Source: Campylobacterales bacterium
Lineage (GTDB): Bacteria; Campylobacterota; Campylobacteria; Campylobacterales; QNZT01
DNA length: 47,220 bases
Assembly (NCBI GenBank): GCA_027055005.1
Contig: JALUNR010000026.1
Span: 1-47,220, forward strand
Direction of reading: 5' to 3'
Part shown: piece by piece, positions 1 to 7,670 of the stretch
Layout of the letters: every line of letters begins with the position of its first letter
Numbering within the stretch: the stretch's first letter is position 1
Notes under the pieces: generated by a model
Databases searched by the model: none
What the model was told of the DNA's origin: nothing
The model's input: only the letters and a program-made list of their open reading frames with translations
Made by a program: the position numbers and the translations under genes

Positions 1-19
1 AATCCCTTCCTCTCTGCCA
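1..19 (+). tRNA. 3'-terminal 19 nt of a tRNA gene truncated by the window edge (isotype unknown)
   Basis: AATCCCTTCCTCTCTGCCA parses as end of T-loop (AAT), T-stem 3' strand (CCCTT), acceptor 3' strand (CCTCTCT), discriminator G and encoded CCA. The complete tRNAs in this window also encode CCA. Confidence 0.45.
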
Positions 20-126
20 GAGTAAAAAAATCAGATAAAAAAATAACATTGTTAGCCTTGAAGGGATGAGAACCTGATAAGAGGTGTTCGGTGAAGTGAA
101 ACGAAACCGCACAGCAAAGCGAGCAC

Positions 127-145
127 AATCCCTTCCTCTCTGCCA
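127..145 (+). repeat. exact second copy of the 19-nt tRNA 3' end, an orphan fragment without a 5' half
   Basis: 127-145 is identical to 1-19. The upstream bases (gcgagcac) give no T-stem or T-loop, and no AGAGAGG acceptor 5' strand occurs in 20-126. Confidence 0.6.
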
Positions 146-202
146 TAAAACTTTCCAAGCAATACTTAGCTAAAATACTTCTAAAATTTTCAAGGAAAAA
201 TT

Positions 203-640
203 ATGCAATACTATAACTATATACTAGCTTTTCATGTGATGAGTGTCTTATCTTGGATGGCGATGCTTTTTTATCAACCTCGTCTTTATGTTTATCATGT
301 TGAGCATGAGCAAAATGGGGCTTGTTTTACAGATGTTATCAAAATTCAAGAGAGAAAGCTTTATAAGTTCATCGGAGTTCCTGCTTTTTGGGCGAGTCTT
401 ATAAGTGGTGGAAGTATGATAGTTTTAAATCCTGCTATGCTTGAAGGTGCTTATTGGCTTTGGATAAAGCTTGTTGCTCTGGTTTTTATGATAGCTTTTC
501 ATTTTTATTTAGGAGTGCTTTTAAAAGAGTTATCTGAAGATAGATGTAAAAAAAGTGGAAAATTTTTTAGAGTAATAAATGAAATACCTACTATTTTGAT
601 GATAATTATTGTTATTATGGTAGTAGTAAAGCCTATTTAG
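203..640 (+). CDS. hemJ: protoporphyrinogen IX oxidase HemJ-type membrane protein (UPF0093/CopD-like)
   Basis: 145 aa with several hydrophobic helices. The N-terminus AFHVMSVLSWMAMLFYQPRLYVYH matches the HemJ signature as I recall it. AAGGAAAAA lies upstream of the ATG. Confidence 0.7.
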   Translation: MQYYNYILAFHVMSVLSWMAMLFYQPRLYVYHVEHEQNGACFTDVIKIQERKLYKFIGVPAFWASLISGGSMIVLNPAMLEGAYWLWIKLVALVFMIAFHFYLGVLLKELSEDRCKKSGKFFRVINEIPTILMIIIVIMVVVKPI

Positions 641-681
641 TGTAGTTGACTAAGGTTTTGTGAATTTTTTTTATAAACCTC

Positions 682-710
682 TTGACAAATTAAGTTTTTT
701 TTAGTAATAT
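682..710 (+). promoter_or_regulatory. sigma70-type promoter for groES-groEL (TTGACA-17-TAATAT)
   Basis: TTGACA at 682-687 and TAATAT at 705-710 with a 17-nt spacer, about 44 nt upstream of the groES ATG. Confidence 0.6.
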
Positions 711-753
711 TCACCTGCATATAAAAATATATTAGAGATGAAAGGAGAAAATT

Positions 754-1029
754 ATGAATTTTATTCCATTAGGACAAAGATTATTAGTTAAAGCAAAAGA
801 GGAAGAAGCAAAAACTGCTTCTGGAATTATTATCCCAGACAATGCAAAAGAAAAACCATTACAAGCAGAGGTAAAAGCTGTAAGTAAAGAACTCACTGAG
901 GATGATAATTGTGATTTAAAAGAGGGTGATACAATAGTATTTGCTAAGTATTCAGGTACTGAAATAACAGTAGAGGGTGAAGAGTTTTTAGTTTTGAACT
1001 GTGATGATGTATTAGGTATATTAAAATAA
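754..1029 (+). CDS. groES: co-chaperonin GroES
   Basis: [13 protein letters not shown]...[14 protein letters not shown]...FAKYSGTEI is typical Cpn10. GGAG-type RBS. Lies directly upstream of groEL. Confidence 0.97.
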   Translation: MNFIPLGQRLLVKAKEEEAKTASGIIIPDNAKEKPLQAEVKAVSKELTEDDNCDLKEGDTIVFAKYSGTEITVEGEEFLVLNCDDVLGILK

Positions 1030-1039
1030 GGAGAAGATT

Positions 1040-2677
1040 ATGGCAAAAGAGATTTATTTTTCAGATGAAGCTAGAAATAGACTATATGATGGTGTAAAAA
1101 AGTTAAGTGATGCAGTAAAAGTTACTATGGGACCTAGAGGAAGAAATGTTTTAATCCAAAAAAGTTTTGGTGCTCCACAAATAACAAAAGATGGTGTGTC
1201 TGTTGCTAGAGAGATAGAACTTGATGATACGATAGAAAATATGGGAGCTGGACTTGTTAAAGAAGTTGCAAGTAATACTGCTGATGAAGCTGGGGATGGT
1301 ACTACAACAGCAACTGTGCTAGCTAATTCAATCTTTAAAGAAGGACTTAGAAATATTACAGCTGGAGCTAATCCTATAAGTGTAAAAAGAGGTATGGATA
1401 AGGCTGGTGAAGCTATAATAGAAGAGTTAAAAAATAGTGCAAAACCTGTAAATGATAAAAAAGAGATAGCACAAGTTGCAACCATTTCTGCAAACTCTGA
1501 TGCTAAAATAGGTGACTTAATAGCAGAAGCTATGGATAAAGTTGGTAAGGATGGTGTTATCACTGTTGAAGAGGCTAAAGGTATCAATGATGAGTTAGAA
1601 GTTGTTGAGGGTATGCAGTTTGATAGAGGTTATGTATCTCCATACTTTGTAACAAATAGTGAAAAAATGACAGTAGAGATGGATAATCCATATATCCTTT
1701 TAACTGATAAAAAGATAACTTCACTAAAAGATTTACTACCTATCCTAGAGGGAGTTCAAAAAAGTGGAAGACCTCTTTTGATAGTTGCAGAGGATATAGA
1801 GGGAGAGGCACTAACTACTCTAGTTTTAAACAAACTAAGAGGTGTACTAAATATAGCAGCAGTAAAAGCTCCTGGTTTTGGAGATAGAAGAAAAGCGATG
1901 TTAGAAGATATAGCAATCTTAACTGGAGGAGAAGTTATCACTGAAGAACTTGGTAAAACTTTAGAAGGTGCTACTATAGATGATCTTGGAACTGCTGGAA
2001 GTGTTGTTATAGATAAAGATGACACTACTATCGTAGATGGTGCAGGAGATAAAGCAAATATAGATGCAAGAGTAAATCAAATCAAATCTCAAATCGAAGA
2101 GACAAGTAGTGACTATGATAAAGAAAAACTACAAGAAAGACTAGCGAAACTTGCTGGTGGTGTAGCAGTTATAAAAGTAGGGGCTGCTACTGAAACTGAA
2201 ATGAAAGAGAAAAAAGATAGAGTTGATGACGCCTTGAGTGCTACAAAAGCAGCAGTAGAAGAGGGTGTTGTTATCGGTGGTGGTGCAGCACTTATCAAAG
2301 CAGCAACTAAAGTTGAGTTAGAGTTAGATGGTGATGAGAAAATAGGATATGAAATAGTAAAAAGAGCTATCCAAGCTCCTATAAAACAGATAGCAGAAAA
2401 TGCTGGATTTGATGCTGGTGTAGTCGCAAATGAAGTTGCTAAGAGTGATGATGCAAACTATGGCTTTAATGCAGCTAGTGGTGAGTATGTAGATATGTTT
2501 GCTGAGGGAATCATAGATCCACTAAAAGTAGAAAGAGTAGCTTTGCAAAATGCAATCTCAGTATCAAGCCTACTTCTTACAACAGAAGCAACAGTTAGTG
2601 ATATAAAAGAGGAAAAACCTGCAGCTCCTGCAATGCCTGATATGGGTGGAATGGGAGGTATGGGTGGAATGATGTAG
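1040..2677 (+). CDS. groEL: chaperonin GroEL
   Basis: 545 aa with [12 protein letters not shown] and [11 protein letters not shown] motifs and a C-terminal GGM repeat tail. Confidence 0.99.
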   Translation: MAKEIYFSDEARNRLYDGVKKLSDAVKVTMGPRGRNVLIQKSFGAPQITKDGVSVAREIELDDTIENMGAGLVKEVASNTADEAGDGTTTATVLANSIFKEGLRNITAGANPISVKRGMDKAGEAIIEELKNSAKPVNDKKEIAQVATISANSDAKIGDLIAEAMDKVGKDGVITVEEAKGINDELEVVEGMQFDRGYVSPYFVTNSEKMTVEMDNPYILLTDKKITSLKDLLPILEGVQKSGRPLLIVAEDIEGEALTTLVLNKLRGVLNIAAVKAPGFGDRRKAMLEDIAILTGGEVITEELGKTLEGATIDDLGTAGSVVIDKDDTTIVDGAGDKANIDARVNQIKSQIEETSSDYDKEKLQERLAKLAGGVAVIKVGAATETEMKEKKDRVDDALSATKAAVEEGVVIGGGAALIKAATKVELELDGDEKIGYEIVKRAIQAPIKQIAENAGFDAGVVANEVAKSDDANYGFNAASGEYVDMFAEGIIDPLKVERVALQNAISVSSLLLTTEATVSDIKEEKPAAPAMPDMGGMGGMGGMM

Positions 2678-2681
2678 AGTC

Positions 2682-3530
2682 ATGAAACCTGACTTTCATA
2701 AGGATTTGGCATCAAATATGATGCTAAATCCACTAAACAAAACTCACTTAGAAAAAATCCCTACTTCAAAAGCTCACTCTATAACTCTAAACCTTGAAGA
2801 TGGAGTTGCTCCTACTAGAAAAAAAGAGGCTCTTATAAATATAGCTGATTTTTTATCTAAAAATTTAAATAACTTACCATTTTTGATAGTTAGAACAAAT
2901 CCTTTGGAAGAGGGTGGAAGAGAGGAGATAGAGTTTTTAAATAGTTTTAGATTTGATGCAGTGAGAGTTGCTAAAGTAAAAAGTAAAGATGATATAAAAG
3001 AGGCTTTGAGGATTTTGAAAGATGATAAAGAGCTTCATATTTCACTTGAAACAAAAGAGGCTTTTTCCAATCTTAAAGAGCTTAAGATAGATGAGAGATT
3101 TACAACTGCAAATCTAGGAATACTTGATCTTTTAACTTCACTAAATCTTCCTCAATCTTTGCTAACTTTAGATAATCCTACTGTTGAGTATATTTTAAGT
3201 AAGTTTTTAGTTGATTGTAAAATCGCTGGGTTAAATGCAGTATCTTTTATGTTCCAAGATTATCGTGATATAGATACTTTTACAAAGTGGTGTGAAAAAG
3301 AGAAAATGATGGGATTTACAAGTAAAGCTTGTATGGGACCAGCTCAGGTTGAGGTGGCAAATAGGATTTTTGGAGTGGATGAAGTAGAGATAAACAAAGC
3401 TAAAGAGATAGTTATGCTTTTTGAAGAGAACTCAAAAAATGGTATAAGTGGATTTATGAGTGAAAAATATGGTTTTATAGATGAGCCAATTTATCGGGAT
3501 GCACTACTTATACTTGATAAGGAAGTTTAA
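2682..3530 (+). CDS. HpcH/HpaI aldolase / citrate lyase beta (CitE)-like protein
   Basis: 282 aa. NLEDGVAPTRKKEA resembles the CitE DLEDaV..K motif, and GFTSKACMGPAQVEVAN resembles the CitE G..IHPxQV motif. Starts 4 nt after the groEL stop. Confidence 0.55.
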   Translation: MKPDFHKDLASNMMLNPLNKTHLEKIPTSKAHSITLNLEDGVAPTRKKEALINIADFLSKNLNNLPFLIVRTNPLEEGGREEIEFLNSFRFDAVRVAKVKSKDDIKEALRILKDDKELHISLETKEAFSNLKELKIDERFTTANLGILDLLTSLNLPQSLLTLDNPTVEYILSKFLVDCKIAGLNAVSFMFQDYRDIDTFTKWCEKEKMMGFTSKACMGPAQVEVANRIFGVDEVEINKAKEIVMLFEENSKNGISGFMSEKYGFIDEPIYRDALLILDKEV

Positions 3531-4112
3531 GTTTTTAAATAACTTTTCGCCCTCTATAAATGTATATTTCTTTCCATCTGGAGTTGGATTTGGAGATTTT
3601 ATGTTTTCTCCAGCTTCAAAATACTCTGGAGTTTTTCTTTTAAAAATGATGTCATTTCCATCTTCTATTATTACTTTTCCATTAAATAAAATATTTTCTA
3701 TATCATTTTGTTCAGTGTCTTGTTTTATAGAGAGGATTTTTATAAACTCTATGATTTTTTTATTATTTTTAAAATATCCTTGTGATTTTATATCTGTAAC
3801 TTTATGATAAAAAATATGAAGTTTATTTATATGCTTTATCGTTAGATATGGAGAGTTTATATACTTTGCATCGTACTCCATTTCTAAAGAAGGAATTAGT
3901 TTTTTTTTAACAAATGATTTGTATTGTTGGTTTAAATATATAAAATTACCTAGATTTAAAAATAAAGCAATACTCAAAAATATAGGAAAAATGTTTTTGC
4001 TTCTAAAATAAGTAATAGTAAGTATAAATATGCTAATACCAAAAATAGTAATAAAACTCTTTAGATAGAGAACCCTCTGGGCTTCTATCATTTGAGTTAT
4101 TTCTGGGCTCAT
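3504..4112 (-). CDS. hypothetical membrane protein (two N-terminal TM helices plus a soluble C-terminal domain)
   Basis: 202-aa ORF. Its ATG lies 1 nt downstream of the dapD stop, suggesting translational coupling. Hydrophobic segments FITIFGISIFILTITYF and IFPIFLSIALFLNLGNFIYL. No family recognised. Confidence 0.5.
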   Translation of the reverse strand: MSPEITQMIEAQRVLYLKSFITIFGISIFILTITYFRSKNIFPIFLSIALFLNLGNFIYLNQQYKSFVKKKLIPSLEMEYDAKYINSPYLTIKHINKLHIFYHKVTDIKSQGYFKNNKKIIEFIKILSIKQDTEQNDIENILFNGKVIIEDGNDIIFKRKTPEYFEAGENIKSPNPTPDGKKYTFIEGEKLFKNLNFLIKYK

Positions 4113-4113
4113 A

Positions 4114-5322
4114 TTAGTGAAGTTCTTCGTTTAGTTTTACTTCTCTAGTGCTTCTAAAAGCTTTTATCTCTCCACTTATGCTATCTTGTCTAAAGTGAAT
4201 ACCATTTAGTCCAGCTAAAGTTTTTCCTTTAAAGATATCAGTGTCAGTTGCATCCCAGTTTGGATTTGCTTCTTTTATCTTGTTAAATTCATCAGTGTCA
4301 ATTACTACTTTTGTTCCAGCTAAGATTGTAACACCTGCATCAACTATACAACCATCTCCTAGAGGAAGACCAGTTACTGAGTTAGCTCCAAGTAGAGTGT
4401 TTTCTCCGATAGTGATAGGATTCCCATCTGTACCACTTAGTACTCCTAAGATACTAGCTCCTCCACCTACATCACTTCCACTCCCTACTATTGCAGATGA
4501 ACTTATTCTTCCCTCTACCATAACTGGCCCTTGTGTTCCTGCATTGAAGTTGATGTAACTAGCTCCTGGCATAACTGTTGTTCCAGCTGAAAGCTGTGCT
4601 CCCATTCTAACTTTGCTTGCATCTAAGATTCTTGTGTTATCTGCTGGAATGATGTGTTGTAAAAATCTAGGGAATTTATCAACCGAGCTGATTTCAGGAT
4701 ACATACCATCAACTTTTAAAGCTATCTCGTTTTCTCTCAACCAATCAAGCTCTATTGGCATATTTCCACTCCAAGCTACATTGTGAAGTAGTCCGAAAGC
4801 TCCATTTAAATTTAAGCTTCTAAGAGGTGCTTTTTGTAGTGAAAGAGCATATAGTTTTAGGTAAACACTTTCTACACTTTTTGGTGCATCGTCTTCAAAA
4901 ACAAATATAACTTTAAAAGCTTCTTCTATAGCTACAACACCTGATTCTGATAGCTCAAGGATTGATTTTACTACTTGGATATTTTTATGTTTTTTACCCT
5001 CTGCTTCATCTGCAAATGGTGCAAAAGCATTAAAGGCATTTTGTAAAAATTCTTTATTGATACTTGTTATAAATTCGCTTCCACTAAAATCAACATCTAT
5101 TCCAGAATTTTTCAAACTTGCTACAAATACAGCTGCTGAACCAAAATTTTCGTTCCAGTTGGTTACTGGAAAAGTTGCTTGTAGGATTTTATCAGAGTTT
5201 TTTTGACCTCTGTCAACTCTTGCTATGCCAAAACCAATAGGTTTTTTGTATCCTTTAATACTCTCAGCCTCACTTACAAAAATCTTAAATTCATCAACTG
5301 TTTTTATAGATTTTATTGCCAT
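4114..5322 (-). CDS. dapD: 2,3,4,5-tetrahydropyridine-2,6-dicarboxylate N-succinyltransferase (long, Campylobacter-type DapD)
   Basis: 402 aa, near-collinear with the Campylobacter DapD sequence as I recall it (GFGIARVDRGQ, FPRFLQHIIPADNTRILD, hexapeptide-repeat C-terminal half). Confidence 0.9.
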   Translation of the reverse strand: MAIKSIKTVDEFKIFVSEAESIKGYKKPIGFGIARVDRGQKNSDKILQATFPVTNWNENFGSAAVFVASLKNSGIDVDFSGSEFITSINKEFLQNAFNAFAPFADEAEGKKHKNIQVVKSILELSESGVVAIEEAFKVIFVFEDDAPKSVESVYLKLYALSLQKAPLRSLNLNGAFGLLHNVAWSGNMPIELDWLRENEIALKVDGMYPEISSVDKFPRFLQHIIPADNTRILDASKVRMGAQLSAGTTVMPGASYINFNAGTQGPVMVEGRISSSAIVGSGSDVGGGASILGVLSGTDGNPITIGENTLLGANSVTGLPLGDGCIVDAGVTILAGTKVVIDTDEFNKIKEANPNWDATDTDIFKGKTLAGLNGIHFRQDSISGEIKAFRSTREVKLNEELH

Positions 5323-6798
5323 TTATCTTCTCCTGTTATTTCTTGATTTGTTTCTATTTCTATCCTTGTTTCCACCATCTCTTGAAGCACCATAATTATT
5401 AGAATTTCTGTTATTTCTTCCTCTTCCACGATTATTTCTTCCTCTATTTCTACCGTTTGAGCTTCTTTCATTTTTAGCTCTCTCAGCAATACGAGAGATT
5501 TCGTTAGGTGTTTTACCTATTCTGTCACTTCCATCTATATCATTTTCACTATACATCATAGATGCTAACTTTAGTGCTATATCTTCATCTACAAATTCAG
5601 TTTTTAGTTCATCTATAAGCTCTCTTGCTATATCATTTATCTTTTGATTTTTTAGAGTTTCTAGTAAAGAACTTCTTTTTTTAACTTGTACATCTTTTAT
5701 AGTTGGGATAATTTTAGATTCTAATGAACTTCCTACATCTTTTTGGATTTTTTGTAGGCTTTTAAATTCTGCTGGAGTTACTATAGAGATAGCCATACCA
5801 ACTTTACCAGCTCTTCCTGTTCTTCCTATTCTATGTACATAGCTTTCACTATCATAAGGTATATGGTAGTTGAAAACATGGCTTACATCACTTACATCAA
5901 GTCCACGAGCAGCAACATCAGTAGCTACTAAAGTATCTAAAGCACTTCTTTTAAAAGCTTTTATTACTTCTTCTCTTTGTCTTTGTTCCATATCTCCATG
6001 AAGTCCTTTTGCTGAATATCCTTTTGAGCTAAGTTTTGTACTTAGTTCATCTACCTCTTTTTTTGTTCTACAAAAGATTATACTTTTTGTAGGGTTTTTA
6101 TAATCAAGGAGTCTTATAAGAGCATCAGTCCTTTCCCACTCATCTACAACATAGAAATTTTGTTTTATATTTTCATTTGTAGTTTCTCTTTTTGTGATAC
6201 TTACAAATTCTGGTCTATAAAGAATAGTTTTTGCTAACTCTTTTATTTGATGAGGCATAGTTGCAGAAAACATTAGAGTTTGTCTGGTTCCTTCTATGAG
6301 AGAAAATATTTCTTTTATATCTTCTAAAAATCCCATATCAAGCATTTCATCTGCTTCATCTAGTACCATATATTTTGGGGAGATATTTATTTTACCACTA
6401 CTAAGTAGATCAAGCAATCTTCCTGGAGTTGCTACAATTACACTTGATTTTGCTATAAACTTTAGTTGTCTTTGGTATGAGCTACCCCCATAAACTGTTG
6501 CTGTACTTAACCTTAAGTTTTTACCAAACTTAAAAATCTCATCACTAACTTGCATCGCTAACTCACGAGTAGGAACTATAACTACTGCTTCTACTGTGCC
6601 ATTAAGTTCTAACATATTTAAAATAGGAAGTCCAAATGCTGCCGTTTTTCCTGTTCCTGTATGAGCTTGTGCGACAAGGTCTTTCCCCTCTAATACCAAT
6701 GGTATAGCTTCTTTTTGTACTGGGCTTGGTTCTTTAAAACCAGCATCTTCTATCGCTTTAAAAATCTCTTTTTTAAAGTTAAAATCTGAAAAATTCAT
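5323..6798 (-). CDS. ATP-dependent DEAD-box RNA helicase with an Arg/Asn/Gly-rich C-terminal tail
   Basis: Q-motif region (FKEPSPVQ), AHTGTGKT, VLDEADEMLD, SAT and HRIGRTGRAG motifs. About 50 aa of R/N/G low-complexity tail. The stop abuts the dapD ATG. Confidence 0.95.
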   Translation of the reverse strand: MNFSDFNFKKEIFKAIEDAGFKEPSPVQKEAIPLVLEGKDLVAQAHTGTGKTAAFGLPILNMLELNGTVEAVVIVPTRELAMQVSDEIFKFGKNLRLSTATVYGGSSYQRQLKFIAKSSVIVATPGRLLDLLSSGKINISPKYMVLDEADEMLDMGFLEDIKEIFSLIEGTRQTLMFSATMPHQIKELAKTILYRPEFVSITKRETTNENIKQNFYVVDEWERTDALIRLLDYKNPTKSIIFCRTKKEVDELSTKLSSKGYSAKGLHGDMEQRQREEVIKAFKRSALDTLVATDVAARGLDVSDVSHVFNYHIPYDSESYVHRIGRTGRAGKVGMAISIVTPAEFKSLQKIQKDVGSSLESKIIPTIKDVQVKKRSSLLETLKNQKINDIARELIDELKTEFVDEDIALKLASMMYSENDIDGSDRIGKTPNEISRIAERAKNERSSNGRNRGRNNRGRGRNNRNSNNYGASRDGGNKDRNRNKSRNNRRR

Positions 6799-6922
6799 TC
6801 ATCTTCTTTTGTCAAGGTATTATACCTATGTTATTTTCCCCAGATTAAAACTATATAAACCAGTGATTAAAAAAATTGTGATTTTATTGTAACCGGAGGA
6901 TTAGGAGCCATTTTATCTAAAA

Positions 6923-7549
6923 TTACTTAATATCTACTTTAGTTATCAGGTTTTCATCTTTATCTTTGAAGATATAGGATATTATTCTTTTCTTATTTGA
7001 TAGATTTAGTATTATTTTATTTAGTGGAGTAACTCTTTGGATTTTATCTGCTGTAACAAGGGTGAAAAGATCTTTGTTTATATTTTTTGAGTATTGGTTT
7101 ATCATTGTGTAGTGGTAGCATATATTTCCATTTTCAATAGAAACTTTTTCAAATCTTGTATCCTTATCTATCATAACAGGAAGTTTAGAGTTTAGTGAAA
7201 GTATGGAGCTTTCAAAGATATTATTTGGATTGTAAACAGTTTTTACAAAGTAAGATGTTAGCATAGCTAGGATGATTATTTCTATGATTATTGTTATTAG
7301 GGAAAGTTTTTTATCTTTATTTGAACTTCTGTGGAGAGATAGCGTTAAAAATATGGCATAACTAGCTATAAGTGCTACAAGAGTATATATAAGAGGTTTA
7401 TGAGTTACTAAAAAGTAGGAATATTTGCTAGCTAAAGAAAATAATAAAATAATAAAAAAAGAGATACCAAATATACCAAAAAATACCATTGTATCGACAA
7501 AAGATTTTTTACCATTGTAAGTGTCTTTAAAAAGTTTAAACATAATCAA
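6923..7549 (-). CDS. hypothetical membrane protein (N-terminal TM bundle, C-terminal soluble domain)
   Basis: 208-aa ORF with AAAGGAG RBS upstream and about 3-4 hydrophobic helices in the first 110 aa. No recognised family. Confidence 0.6.
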   Translation of the reverse strand: MIMFKLFKDTYNGKKSFVDTMVFFGIFGISFFIILLFSLASKYSYFLVTHKPLIYTLVALIASYAIFLTLSLHRSSNKDKKLSLITIIIEIIILAMLTSYFVKTVYNPNNIFESSILSLNSKLPVMIDKDTRFEKVSIENGNICYHYTMINQYSKNINKDLFTLVTADKIQRVTPLNKIILNLSNKKRIISYIFKDKDENLITKVDIK

Positions 7550-7562
7550 CTCCTTTGTATTA

Positions 7563-7604
7563 ATTATAGTTAACTTTTGTAAATAAGGTTAACTTTTAGT
7601 AAAT
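7563..7604 (-). promoter_or_regulatory. TATAAT -10 box preceded by two direct repeats (GTTAACTTTTGTAAAT / GTTAACTTTTAGTAAAT); candidate operator
   Basis: Repeats at 7569-7584 and 7588-7604 with starts 19 bp apart. Minus-strand TATAAT at 7563-7568 lies immediately downstream, about 14 nt before the ATG at 7549. Confidence 0.3.
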
Positions 7605-7670
7605 GAAAATCGAAAATTTGTGTAATAAAGTATCATCAAGTAACAAAAAAGTTAAAAAAACAGATAAAAG

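Noticed and set aside
641-753. Search for a CIRCE (TTAGCACTC-N9-GAGTGCTAA) or HAIR (CTTGAGT-N7-ACTCAAG) heat-shock operator upstream of groES
   Set aside because: I found no convincing match by eye, only a consensus sigma70 promoter. I cannot claim HrcA or HspR control from this sequence.
1054-2298. Antisense ORFs inside groEL (1054-1587, 1756-2025, 2113-2298)
   Set aside because: These are shadow ORFs opposite a highly expressed, codon-biased gene. Their S/A/P/I-rich low-complexity translations are typical of the reverse frame. They have no RBS or independent support.
2620-2677. Short tandem repeat ggtggaatgggaggtatgggtggaatg
   Set aside because: It encodes the normal GGM C-terminal tail of GroEL. 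It is not a CRISPR array or a noncoding repeat.
3481-3807. 108-aa plus-strand ORF overlapping the citE-like 3' end and the 202-aa minus-strand gene
   Set aside because: The F/S/I-rich translation looks like a reverse-frame artefact. The minus-strand ORF is longer, has TM helices and is coupled to dapD.
3900-3908. T9/A9 homopolymer inside the 202-aa membrane-protein gene (and A8 runs in 13546-13553 and 13604-13611) as possible phase-variation tracts
   Set aside because: A/T runs of this length are common in AT-rich genomes and encode Lys/Phe runs. Known Campylobacter contingency loci use poly-G/C tracts, and I saw no G/C tract longer than about 6.
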